Shown here: in pieces, positions 1-12,700 of the stretch
Numbering within the stretch: position 1 is the stretch's first letter
Layout of the letters: every line of letters starts with the position of its first letter
Assembly: GCA_043228905.1 (NCBI GenBank)
Contig: JBHGNT010000021.1
Location: 1,550,001 to 1,614,000 of the forward strand
DNA length: 64,000 nucleotides
From: Azolla caroliniana
Lineage: Eukaryota; Plantae; Polypodiophyta
Reading direction: 5' to 3'
Made by a program: the position numbers and the translations under genes
Notes under the pieces: generated by a model
Seen by the model: only the letters and a program-made list of their open reading frames with translations
Databases searched by the model: none
Told to the model about the DNA's origin: nothing

Positions 1-1449
1 AAGGCTAGATATTTTTGGTCTTTTTAAATGGCATTAAGTTTTTAATTTTGTGTCCTGGTCAGGTTCAATGTAATACTGGAAATAACTGTGATACATCTGA
101 GCTTGGACTGATGCTGTCCAAAAATTCTACTTCTGAGCTGGTTCTAATGTGCCCTAGCACATAGATAATGATTATTTTGTCCCCACGTTATAACTCAATG
201 CAAAATAAATCTATCATGTGACTTGAACAACCTCCCTTATTTTGTTTCATAGCAAATGATTCTTGAAGCTTTGTAATTTCATATTCACTTTTCGGAAATG
301 ACAGTTTGATTTACCTGTTCATGTATATTTCAATTATGTGGACTATGCGCCTTGAGTATGGAACTCCCCACTGGAACCTGAGGCATTAAAAAACTAACCG
401 TTGGGACATTAATTCTTGCATGACATGACTCTTCTTTTCATTAGCCTATACAGTTCTTTTTTTGTAGGAATTAATATCAAATTATTCTAATGCACAAATT
501 TACTATTATTGTATGTGTGTCTCTTTTGATCCTATGTTTGTGATCTCTTGTCATATGATTATTGCTTCTAGTATTATAATATCTAATCCAATCTAATTAG
601 GAGCTGTTCAAATTTTAGGTTGCGGTTCAAGAAAATTGTACAAAATGCATTTGTTCAGTACGATTGTTAGACCGATCCCAAGAACTATTTGTTGGTTCAG
701 GGTCAATGCAATAGGAGCCAGAATAATAAAACTGAGATAGAGAATGGCATTTTAATAAGAAGATTGAAGCTCTTTTGTGCATATATGGACTTGCAATCAA
801 TCCAAATATGATGTTAATGACAATACGTTTGACTCAAAACAAATAGTGAAGAGGATTGTATGTATTGTTTTCTCATTGTTATAGGTTCTATGTGTTAACA
901 ATGCCTTTCTTAGAGAGAAAAAATATGGAAAGCCACAATTTTTGTGAGAAGTAATTATTGTGCACAACGTCAAACTAAAAGCATTTACAATTGCAATCAA
1001 ACACAACATCAAATTGTGATACTTTGAACCCACAACATCAAGTTGTGGTTGACTATGACACTCACATTTTATGTGTCACCATTTCAATGTAATTTATAAC
1101 AATCGAGCACTTTGAAAGTAATAATGAACTCGATCGAAATATAGGTATTGTCATATTACCTCATCGAAGTGTACATCAACTTCTAGACCTCGTTTGACAC
1201 ATATTGAGGATTGGGATGGAGAAACCTAAGAAGCATCAAGTTGTCGTCATGGGCGACGTGTCAATAACTAACTACTTAAAAAGAAAACCAGGCGGAACAT
1301 CCGTCCCGATTTTCATCAGTTTGTTTGTACACACACACACGAACACATGCACCCACTCACAAAATACTATGGAGCTGTCTATTTGTTAGTTTATTCATGT
1401 CCAAAACAGAGGAAAGGAAAGCCTAAAAGACTACTAGGCTCTATGATCT

Positions 1450-2950
1450 ATCTATCTATCTCTGTATATCCAGCCTAATACATACATACTTTTGCTTGAA
1501 TCCACCATCACTCCCTCCTCTTTCTTTCTTTCTTTTTCTTTTCTCTTCACAAGAGAAGGCAGGGGAAGGGGAAGGGGCGCACGCTGTCTTCGTATGAAAA
1601 GGTAACCCACATCCCTGTTCTTTCAGCATCCATAGCCCCCGTGATGGTGGAGATGAGGATGATGTAAATTTGCTCTTTTTTAGTTTGTATTTAGTTGTTG
1701 ATTTTTTTTTTTGTTTTGAGAGAGAAAGAAAAAGAGAGAGATCAACGTCTCCTAGAGAGCTAGAATGGGGCTGTAAAGACAAATAATGATTACAAATACG
1801 CATCCATAGCCCACGTGATGGTGGTGTTGTAGAGAGCCTAAATGGGGCTGTAAAGACAAATCATGATTACAAATACGAGTTAATTTCATGTCATCCGCTC
1901 TGATACAAAAGTAATAGCTTTATGTCTCCTGAAGCACCATAATCATTATCTGAATTCATGTGGTGGAATGATTTTTGAGATTCTTCACCAGCGTGAAGTG
2001 CATAACTAATATGTGGTGATGACTACACATCATTCATATCTAGGTTGGTTGGCGCAGTGGAATGAGACTATGAAAAAGTAACATGGTTTTGAATAATCTC
2101 TATGATCTGGAGTATATTCTGGTACTCACAGCCTCTGCTGTGATCAGCATTCTTTTATGATCACTATATGGTTACTGCAGTACCTTGCTTTCTTCATCAT
2201 TCTGGAGCAGTATACAATATTGGAAGGGTGGCAATTTCTTGATGTTGAGGGGTGCTGCCGATTATGCACAGATGATCTCATGTGGGGTGGACGCTCTATT
2301 TCCAAATGTACATCAGGATGCCTAGAGCCCATATGGCTGCAATGTAGATGAGGGTGATGGTGTCTATTGTGTCGAATAACCATACTTTGGTATGAGTAGT
2401 GGCATTGTATTTCTAACATGGCTGGAGCTGTTTATTCTTGAGTGAGTCGTTCCTGTGCTTGGGTCAGAAAGGAGCATCCATTTGCTTGTAAATGTAACTC
2501 TATATCTACATAGGAATCCACTACTTCAACTTGCAAATCCAATACAGCTTATCGATGAGTTGGTGTGAATGTGTGTAAGATCATGGCCATTGTTCTCCCT
2601 AGGTTTACGATGGGTGATAGGTGTAATCTGTTGTAGAGACTTCTCTCTTAAAGCCTGTTTTCCTGGGGCTCAAATCTCTTTGACCTCGAGTAAATTTTTC
2701 AATTCTGTTTCAAGTATCGCTCCATGAAGTTTGGCAAGTGTGTAGCCAATCGTGATAGTTTGATAGTTCCTTGTGTGGATCGGACATGGACAGAAAGAAA
2801 GATACCCAAAATGGCCTATAAGACCAAACAAGACATTACATCTTAAGTGTTGTCTTGTCTTTAAGAAGCACTTGCGATGTCGAGAGACAATGGTCTTTAT
2901 CTATCAATTACAAGGGTGGTGAGATCATGGTCCATCAGGCTGGGGTCTAC
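1450..2950 (-). mobile_element. Decayed non-LTR retrotransposon (RTE/RTEX-like) fragment
   Basis: Minus-strand peptide KKLPPFQYCILLQNDEESKV (~2180-2240) matches [20 protein letters not shown] at ~34695-34755. 3'-end DNA at 1741-1797 resembles 34108-34162. Many stops; boundaries approximate. Confidence 0.4.
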
Positions 2951-3059
2951 ATCCACAGCAAACTGCTATAGGTCAATCTATCGTAACCCCTTTGCAATGT
3001 CCTGCTCAGGAGCCCATGATTGACTTGTAGCATGAGTAGGAGTGATGGAGCTAAAGAAA

Positions 3060-3765
3060 GTTGTGATTGTTCTATGTAGATGAGCTTGTGTGGCTGTACT
3101 GTTGTCTTTCGAGCAAGAAAAGTCCTAAGCACCATGGGTCTGCATATTCCATTACCTTGAGTAATGGACTGAAGCTTTTGCTTAAAGAGGCAATGGTATC
3201 TCCCTCTTATTTCATAAAAAATACTAATGACAAATATAGTGTTCTTCAGATTCCACTCCCTAATGACACAGTTCGCAAATTCTTCCTCCTATAGGTATTT
3301 GTACATATATTCCTATCTCAATCTCGAACTGATATGATGAAGTTTGCAGCTTCCCTATCACACTGTGCAGTGCATAGGATAGATGTGTGTGCATATAAGA
3401 TGGACTGATGATGAATCTGTCCCCTGTGTGTAAAAAATGTCTAATAGCGGGCCATCTTCCTACCAAGTGATATCTTGAAGCTGATCCATGTTATCTTGTT
3501 TTCCAAGTTCATAATATCAGTTCAGATAAGTCTAGTCTCTTTCATTTTGGTCATGTTTAGATGGGGACAATCCAGGATATTTTGGAACGGGAGTAGCACA
3601 TTTTTAATAATTCCATGTGACTCAAACCTTTGTTGGGTTTCAGCATACCATGGATGAATATCTCCATCTTCAGCAAGTTCTTTTGATGACATAAGTGCCA
3701 ACCTTGAGTAATGTGATGCCTCATCCATATAATCTGACACAATCTCTCTATATGATGTGATAATT
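3060..3765 (-). mobile_element. RTE-type LINE 3' fragment (5'-truncated, decayed)
   Basis: Peptides HPWYAETQQRFESHGI and KLQTSSYQFEIEIG..IPIGGRICELCH*GVESEEHY (C-terminal Cys/His finger). DNA at 3460-3710 is homologous to 54745-54784 plus 56167-56385. Confidence 0.75.
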
Positions 3766-3774
3766 GATCTATGT

Positions 3775-3846
3775 AGAGAGAGAGAGAGGAGAGGAGAGGA
3801 GAGAGAAGGAGAAGAAGAAGAAGAAAGAAAGAAAGAAAGAAAGAAA
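3775..3846. repeat. AG/AAG/AAAG purine-rich microsatellite upstream of the CCR4-like gene
   Basis: Directly visible. Confidence 0.9.
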
Positions 3847-3878
3847 TATTAATGTCTTGCCTGTAGATCAATTTTTGC

Positions 3879-6562
3879 ATGTTGCGGTTTACTTACACAC
3901 ATGCTTCTCATCTCCAAATTCATGTTCGCTTTCAACACCAGGTGTGGATGTTTCTTTTACCTTCATGTTAGTCGGCAGAAACTTCAGGGAAATAATTTGA
4001 TCTGAGTAGGTCTTTATTTTCCTTTGTAAGTTGGCAATCTCAACTCCATTTTAATTATTGACCTTGCCGGAAAGAAGAGATTGGATTCCATGCATTGTTT
4101 TTTATTTTCATTCATTCTTTTTCAGTCAGTTTCATTTATAAGTTGATAATCTCGTTTCCATTTTGATTATAGACATTGCTGGAAAGAAAGTATTAAATTC
4201 GACACATTGTTTTCGCATTTGGTTTTAGTCAGCTTCATTTTGGCTCCTAGTCCTTAGGATTTTGCAGCAAGGGTGTGAATCTGAATCCCTTTATTTTCCT
4301 TTTAAGGTGGCAATCTCAACTCCATTTTGATTCCAGACTGTGCTAGGAAACTTTTAAATCTCACACACCATTTTTTTATTTTCATCAATTTTAGATTTCA
4401 GTCAGTTTCATTTCTTCATCTTGGATCCTAATCCTTCAAATTTTGTAGCAAGGGTCTGAATTTGAATCTCATCTCAATAGAACATTTCTTTTCGGCACCT
4501 GGACGAATTAAAGAAAGAGGTACTTATATTCTCTTTCTCATCTTACATGTTTTTATTATGTTTTATACTGCAGAAGGCAAATATGATCAAATCAGCTGCC
4601 TGGAAACCTGTATTTGCTCCCATTGAGGATTCATCAAGAAGTATTCTCACTACTGAAAATGGTAGGTTGAAATTACATAATTACCACTGAAAGAGAAGAC
4701 TGCAGGTAACTTATAGTTTATTCTTAACTTGATTGGATTCATCTTCCAGTGAATCCTATTAGGCTTGTTTCTTACAACATCCTCGCTCAGGTAACGCCTT
4801 GTCGAAACCTCCTTTTATGCATAGGTTTCTTTTCAATTGTAATAGCTGATCATGTTTGTTTTCATTGTCTTTATAAAATAGGCATATGTCAAAAGTGCTC
4901 TTTTCCCACATTCACCCCCAGGTTGTCTTCGGTTAGTGAACTTTCATTCATTGCTCCCTCTTTTTCTAGTAAATGTGAATTCAACACTTTTGTGTTGTTT
5001 CAAGTAATAATTGTTTCTCTCCTTCTCTTAGATGGAAGGCACGTTCTCAAGCTTTATTGAACCGCCTCCTAAGTTTTGAGGCAGATATTCTTTGCTTACA
5101 GGTGATGGTCTTCTGCTATATACATTTAGTTATGGGTGTTGAACTAATAGAAAGCACAATGTGAATTAAAGAATCCTTTTATGTCAGCAAGGTATATTAT
5201 ACAGAAAAATTAAGAACATTGGTTTCCTGTTCTGATACCGAGATTACACTCATGAGTTTTAGGAGGTCGATGAGTTTGAAAGCTTTTACAAGGGGCAGCT
5301 TAGTAAGCATGGCTATTCAAGTATATACCTGAAACGGCCAGGCAAGAAAAGGGATGGATGTGGCATATTTTACCAACGGGAACGGTAAATGTTTGAAAGT
5401 AGATACATTTTAAATGGTTTCATTGCATTTAATTGATCAATTCATTTATATCTACAAAACAATAGAAAACAAAATACTAATTATTATAAAAGACTAGAGT
5501 AAGAAGATTGAGTGATGGTTCTTGCAATTTTATTGTTGCAGTCTTGAATTGATTGAACAGAAATTCATCCACTATAATGATCTGGTTCCTAAAACGGACG
5601 AAGGAAAAGAGGCTGAAAATGGCGCAACTTCTGACAATGAATCAGGTTGATCTCTCACTTTTTAAAAGTCTGTGTCACTAATCAATTAACTATTGGTTTT
5701 GATGTGAACACAGAAAGGGGTGACCCAAACGATCCAAAAGTGCGTCTGAAAAGAGATTGTATTGGGATCATGGCAGCTTTTAGAGTGCCTCATGCATTGG
5801 ATAACATATTTCTTTTAGCAAACACACACATTTATTGGTAATGTCATTGATACCTCTTCTGAGGCCTATGTTGTTGGATGGTGAACACTATCATGTCATT
5901 AAGGTAATTGGTTCCTACTATACATATTTTTCTCCACATCATTAATTCTCTTTCACTTTGTTCAGGGATCCAGAGTGGGTGGATGTGAAACTGGCACAGG
6001 CAAATTATCTCATAAAATGTGTCTTGGACTTCCAAAGCAAGCTAGAAAACAACCTGAATGTCAAGATCCCTGTGATTATATGCGGCGATTTTAACTCAAC
6101 ACCTGGAGATAAGGTAGAGAGAGATACAGTTTGTATAGTTTGGATTGTGATGCTGACACACACACACACATCTAATACGTATGCATGTATGCTGACGGCC
6201 GTAATTATCTGTAGGTGTATACCCACCTTATATCTGGTAGTACCATTGATAATATGCTCTCAAAATTAGCGGTAGAGGATGAAAACTGTGAAATTGATGA
6301 AAAGAATGCAGCGTCTATGCTACCACTTCATAGTATATATGCATCTGTACAAGGAGAGCCTGCTTTTACGAATTGCACGCCTGATTTTACTGGAACTCTG
6401 GATTATATTTTTGTTTCTTGTTTGGAGCGTATAAAAGCTATTAGCCTTCTTGAACTTCCTACACAAGAATCAGTCGAGGTGGTTGGTGGACTTCCAAACA
6501 ACACTCATCCCAGTGATCACTTGCCCATTGGAATGGACTTTGCCATTCATAGTAGAAAATGA
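3879..6562 (+). CDS. CCR4-like EEP-family nuclease/deadenylase (carbon catabolite repressor 4 homolog 4-like), 10 exons
   Basis: Exons 3879-3941 (less certain), 4574-4661, 4750-4790, 4882-4931, 5032-5101, 5263-5384, 5542-5645, 5714-5837, 5966-6113, 6215-6562; all GT-AG and in frame. EEP motifs SYNILAQ, LCLQE, KRDGCGIFY, NTHIYW, CGDFNS, GTLDYIF, PSDHLP. Confidence 0.92.
4012..4470. repeat. About 3 degenerate ~135-bp tandem units in CCR4 intron 1
   Basis: aagttggcaatctcaactccatttt-like and cagtttcattt-like blocks recur near 4028, 4140 and 4304. Confidence 0.7.
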
Positions 6563-8055
6563 AATTGTTGTCGAAAACTTTTTATCTTTGTCATGCCTCA
6601 TCTCTTTTGAACCAGTGCACTGGAATAACTACGTCTTTAGCACTGCTGCATCATTGTTTGCAAGTTCTAGTATCTAGGATATCTGATGATAATTATACTT
6701 CTTCCTCTGAAGAGAGCAGAGACAGGGTGCAGGTCGATCTAAAGTTTTGTAATGACAAGTTGATATTCTGTATCTCACATATTCAATGAGTTTTGTTTCT
6801 AGATCCATCTGCATCAATTTAGTTCATCTTATGGTCTTATGGTTAATGCGGACTTTCAAAGTTTCATGAAACAATCTGTATGGTGCCTCTATGCCAAAGT
6901 GCCATCCCTAACGATAAATGAGTGAAATGTCCCAGGTATTTTAATCCTTTGTCAAATGTAGGTTAAATTGATCAAGTGAATGCGTCATCAATTTGATGAA
7001 TGTTGTAGACCCAATTGATTGAGAAAATGCAGAAAAATGACATTGCACATAGTAAGGGAAGACCTTGGGAAATTTCTTACTAAATTAGAATAAATGGCAA
7101 AGAGAAGTGATTGAGATTGAAAGGAATGTGGTATGATCATCTAATGATCAACAATCTAAATGCTTGTTATGATAAATAGGTTGCAGTTATATGGTGCAAT
7201 TCATGGAAGAGGTATGAAAAGACCTACAATGGTTTTCTCAATGGCACATTCAGTAATCATTTTAAGACTCCAGCACTATTTCAATCTCAAATCTGGAACA
7301 TAGTCATTGCTATCATTCAGTAATTTACATAGCTTGGGCCCTGGACTGCTTGAATGAGGCAAGTGCATTGGTTAGTATCAAAAGTACAACTCTTGTCTAG
7401 AGGATTTAGCATGTTTGAGCGCAAAAGGGTGATTGATTGATTGAGTGATAAAATCCCACATTTTGTCTTCTTGATGAAATTCTCAAGTTTGTATCAAAGA
7501 ATATATTACAAGTTTACGAGTCACGTTTTATTGTAATGATGCCATCATGTGTTTTTTTAGATTGTCGTGATTATTACCAAATAATATTGAGAAGTAATGT
7601 GCTTTTCATGTCACTCTTAAGTAATGATTTATAAACAAGTTCTTAATAGGATGACAAAATAACATCACCAAAGCATGATAGGTTGACTAACATGTCTTGA
7701 TGGGGATAACTTGAATACAAGACCTATAAATGAAAACCATAAGATTGACATGTCATAATACATAGTTTTTGTTTGGAAAATGTGACAAATAGAAACCACA
7801 CTAAGTCGCTATAACTCCAATCCAAGGTAATAACTTGGGTGTTGATCAATAGTTCCAGGAGATTGATTGACCATGCACAATAGTGCTTGAACGCGTGAGA
7901 TACTTGGATCGTGACATTGATGATAGAAAGGCGACGATGTAATGAGCCATCCATTGAAAATTTATCCTACTTGTTTGAACTATGGGGGGAAGATGCAAAC
8001 TGATGATGAGCGGGTGGTGTGATGCTCAATACCTTGGAAAATGTTCTTTTTGGGT

Positions 8056-8102
<47 letters not shown>
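8056..8102. repeat. (TAG)n microsatellite
   Basis: Directly visible. Confidence 0.95.
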
Positions 8103-8103
<1 letters not shown>

Positions 8104-8119
8104 CTAAGTACGAATTGGC

Positions 8120-8292
8120 AACAACTCGGCTTAACCAATTTGGTAGTTTTCAAACTTGAAACAAACCAGTTTGGACAAACCATTTAGCCTTAACCGTTTT
8201 TCCCAAACCGAACTCAAGACCAAGTTGAGCCGAACAGTCAAATCGTTTTAAACAATTTAATGACTTCGTTTAGGCTTGAACCGAGCCGTTGA
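8120..8292. mobile_element. MITE-like remnant related to 44400-44790
   Basis: Ends in tttaggcttgaaccgagcc versus tttaggcttgaactgagcc at ~44770; AACC/CCGA-rich. Confidence 0.5.
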
Positions 8293-9157
8293 AACTCCTA
8301 AGTGCTATGAGTGTAGTGAAATGGGTTTATTTTAGTTACCTTCTCTTCTCTTGTAGTGATCAAACAATCTCATGTGGTGCTAGCAACATTGTACATCGGG
8401 AAGTTGAGGTGTTGCAAGCAAAATCCTACATAATAAAAGATGGCGAGGTTTTAATGAGGTCAATTCACAATCAATGTTCATTGTATTTTGTAAGAAATTA
8501 AAATTGCTATATATAATGGGTACTACAAGATGGAGATTGCTAATGAAATGAATGAATAAATGAAAAGATGGATATGGATAAAAAGTATCATTCAGTGAGT
8601 TAGCTTGTGTGATGCCCCACTTTGACTAAATCAATACTGGAGGGACTCATCATTACAATGAGGTTTGATAGGAATGACTACACATTTTACTTTATGCCCA
8701 ATTAGCTATAATAGCCAACATATGCCTCATTTGGCTTTTACATTGTTTCGACGTTTCGTGATGACCATATAATTGACTCGTTTTAAGCATCAATCGAAAT
8801 CATGGGAGCTAGAAATGTCGATTATAGATACAATATCGATCCACATGCAACGAAGATATCAAAGCTAAGATGTAAAATAATTAAATGTTATGCTAGTAAC
8901 TGCATTGTGCCACGATGTACCATGACCATCAGCCTAGTGTGCTAATAATTAGCAACAAAATGGTACCAAGATAATATTAACCACCTTTAGTAGATTGCAA
9001 TTTCTCCTCGAATCATTCTCTCTATTTGTCATGCACTAGTTGATATCCACCTAGAAATTCATCTATTGCAAACAATGAACGTCTTCTTCTTCTTTCTTCA
9101 CGACATTGTATGGCTATGCTCTTACACAACATCCCTCTTTTAATTGTCACATGCATG

Positions 9158-9735
9158 TGATGAGAATCAACGCTTCGATTCACCTTCTTCACTCGGCCAC
9201 AACCGAGTAATCGCGGATCAATGGAGCAGAAAATAGGAACCACACGAGAAACAAAAGAAACGCGAGTACACAGGGATTAACGTGGAAAACCCGGACGGGA
9301 AAAAACCACGGGAGTACAAGACTCCAAACAACACTATACAGAGAAGTATACAATGACGAGCTCCAAGGCGACGACCTTGAGCTCGCTGTCCTCGCCACAG
9401 GCGGCGGAAATACACAGAGGCGTCTACCTCTTCTCTCTCTCGCGCTCTATCTCTCTCTCTCTCTCACGGCTGCTCTCTCTTCACTTCTCTAAAGTGGAAA
9501 AACAGAAAAAATAAGAAGCAACAGTAAAACTGTTTGCCCTAAGTCATATTTATACTTATATGACTTTGGGCTATTTACAACTGTAGCCACATGGGCCCAT
9601 AGGGAACATATTCACGGATATGTCCCTGCATCCGGATCGCTCTCCGGGTACATTCGTCATCCGGTACCGAAACCGAAACCGGGACCGTCCCATCCGGATC
9701 CGACCATCCCATCCGAAGGGACCGTAATCCCAACA
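9158..9735 (-). repeat. 3' LTR of the copia element
   Basis: Matches 13852-14429; adjacent to the PPT. Confidence 0.97.
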
Positions 9736-9745
9736 AACTCCCCCT

Positions 9746-12700
9746 TCACTTCGGCATGGGATGTCTCTCCAATCCGATCCTCTTCCGGCATGCTTCCAGC
9801 TTGTCGGGTGTGAGCACCTTGGTCAGCATATCCGACCCGTTCTCGTCCGTGTGGATCTTCGTCAGCACGAACTCCTTGTCTTCTATCCTTTCCCGGATCC
9901 AGTGATATCTTCGCTGGATGTGCTTCGTCCGGGAGTGATAGGCCGCGTTCTTTGCAAGGTGGATTGCACTCTGACTGTCGCAGTAGAGTCGGTACTCCTT
10001 CTGCCGGATACCGAGCTCTCCAATGAAGTCCTTCATCCATATTATTTCCTTGCCGGCTTCAACAGCCGCCATGTACTCCGCCTCCGTGGTTGACAGCGCA
10101 ACCGTCTTCTGCAGCCTCGACTGCCATGAAACAGCTCCCCCTGCATACGTCATCACATACCCTGATGTGGACCGGCTGGTATCTGCATCAGCCGACATAT
10201 CCGAATCGGTAAAGCCGTCGAGTTCGGGCTTTCCGGAGCCGAATCGGAGGCACACGTTTGCTGTGCCCTTCAGGTATCGGAGTATCCACTTGGCCGCGTT
10301 CCAATGCTCTTTACCGGGATTGCTCATGTACCGGCTCACCACTCCGACTGCATATCCGATGTCCGGTCTCGTACACACCATGGCGTACATCAAGCTCCCG
10401 ACGGCTGAGGCATACGGCACTTTCTTCATATCCTCCTTTTCAGCCTTTGTCTTGGGACTTTGCTTGCTGGACAGCTTGCAGTTTGTCGGGAGGGACGATC
10501 CGACCGGTCTCGCTTCCGACATGTTGAACCGTTGAAGCACCTTTGTCACGTACTTCTCCTGTGACAGCCACAACTGCTTCTTCTTCCGGTCCCGGATGAT
10601 GTGCATCCCTAGTATTTGCCTCGCCGGACCCAGGTCCTTCATTGAGAAGGTTCGGTGAAGAGCCTTCTTCAGCATCCGTATCTTGACCTGGTCCCGTCCG
10701 ACGATCAACATGTCGTCCACGTACAGGAGGAGTATTAGAGAGTCTCCTCCTTCGAACTTCTTCACAAACACGCAGTGGTCGGACTGCGTTTTGAGGTACC
10801 CTTCGTCGGTCATGAAGGAGTCGAACTTCCGGTACCATTGCCAGGGAGCCTGCTTCAGTCCGTAAAGGCTCTTCTTCAACCGGCATACCAGGTGCTCCTT
10901 CCCTTTCTTCTCGAATCCTTCCGGTTGCTGCATGTAGATCTCTTCTTCGAGGTCACCGTGAAGGAATGCCGTCTTCACGTCCATCTGTTCTACCTCGAGG
11001 TCCATGCTTGCCGCTATGCTCAGCACCGTCCGGATTGAGGTCATCTTCACTACCGGGGCAAATATCTCGTCGAAGTCGACGCCCTTCTTCTGCTGAAACC
11101 CCTTCACCACGATCCTGGCTTTGTATCTCGGGGGGTTTCCGGCATCTCCCGGTTTCAGCTTGAACACCCACTTGTTACGGAGTGCCCGTTTTCCTTTCGG
11201 CAACTCCACAAGTTCATATGTGTGGTTCTCATGCAGGGAATCCATCTCGTCCTGCATGGCACTCAACCACCTGCGGCTCTGGGTGTCATGCTTTGCTTCT
11301 TCAAAGCTCTCCGGCTCCCCCTCGTCGGTTAGCAGCACGTGCTCTGGTTCCGGAAATCTCCGGGGGGCCCTTCTCTCTCTTAGAGGATATCTCCGTTCCG
11401 GAGCTTCGGTAACCGGTTCTTCCGATTCTTCTTCTTCATCCGAATCCATTTCGGGATCGGGAACGGTTCCGGTATCATTTTCATCTTCCTCGGCCGGTTC
11501 TCTTTCTTCACCGTCTTCGGCCGGATCCTCGAGTGCTAACCGGTCCCTTGCCGGTCGGGACTGCTCCTCGTAGAGTTGATCCTCACCGGTCGACTTGGAG
11601 CTCTTCACCTTCTTCTCCGACTCCCAGTCGGCGAGTGTCTTGTTCTCCATGAAGATGATATCACGACTCCGGAATATCTTCTTGTCAACCGGGTCCCATA
11701 CTCGGTAGCCGAACTCGTCGTCGCCGTAACCGAGGAATATGCATGGCCGGGTCTTTGGATCTAGCTTTCCTCTCCGGTCCTTTGCCACATGCACGTATGC
11801 GAGACACCCGAACACCTTCAGATGCCGGTAGGATACTTCCCTACCGGTCCACACTCTCTGCGGCGTGTCTCCGTCCAAAGGTACTGAGGGTGATCTGTTT
11901 ATCACATATGTCGCCGTCGACATTGCCTCAGCCCAAAATCCCTTAGGTAATTTCGCATGCGCCAGCATACTCCGGACCCTCTCCATTATGGTCCGGTTCA
12001 TCCTCTCGGCCAGCCCGTTCAGTTCCGGCGTCTTCGGCACAGTAAACTCGAGCCGGATTCCCTTCGAGCGACAGTACTCCTGGAACTGCCCCCGGTATTC
12101 CCCTCCGTTATCCGCTCGTATCGCTTTCAGCTTCTTGCCGGATTCCCTTTCCACTCTCGCGTGGAGATCTTTGAAGACGCACAACACTTGGTCCTTTGTC
12201 TTCATCGGTGCCGTCCACAGTTTTCGGCTATGATCATCGATGAATGTTACGAAGTACTGGGCTCCGCCATGTGACTTCGTTTCTACCTGACACACATCAG
12301 TGTGCACCAACTCCAATGGTGCGCTACGTCTCGTCGGTGGCCTTGAGTGGAAGGAGGTCCGGTTTTGCTTACCGGCCAGACAGTCGGTGCACCTCTCCAG
12401 GTGCACATGCTTCACTGGAATAAGGTTGTCTTCTGCAAGCCTCTTCATCCCCTTCTCACTCATATGGCACAGTCTCTTGTGCCACAGCTCACCGGCAGTG
12501 TCGGCTGCCACATTCAGCTCTTCCGGACATAACCGGGCATTCATCAGGTACAGTGTGTTGTCTTTCCGGGCCCGAGCCACTATCAGGCTCCCCTTGCTGA
12601 ACTTCATTACGCCGTTCTGGATGCTACCCGTGTAGCCTTCGTCATCTAGCCTCCCGGCCGAAATCAGGTTCAGTCGGACCTCCGGAACGTGTCGGACATT

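Noticed and set aside
7998-8045. CTGATGA followed by a TGAGC/GCTCA stem (hammerhead or box C/D RNA)
   Set aside because: No GAAA directly after the stem, and no box D with a terminal stem at a suitable distance.
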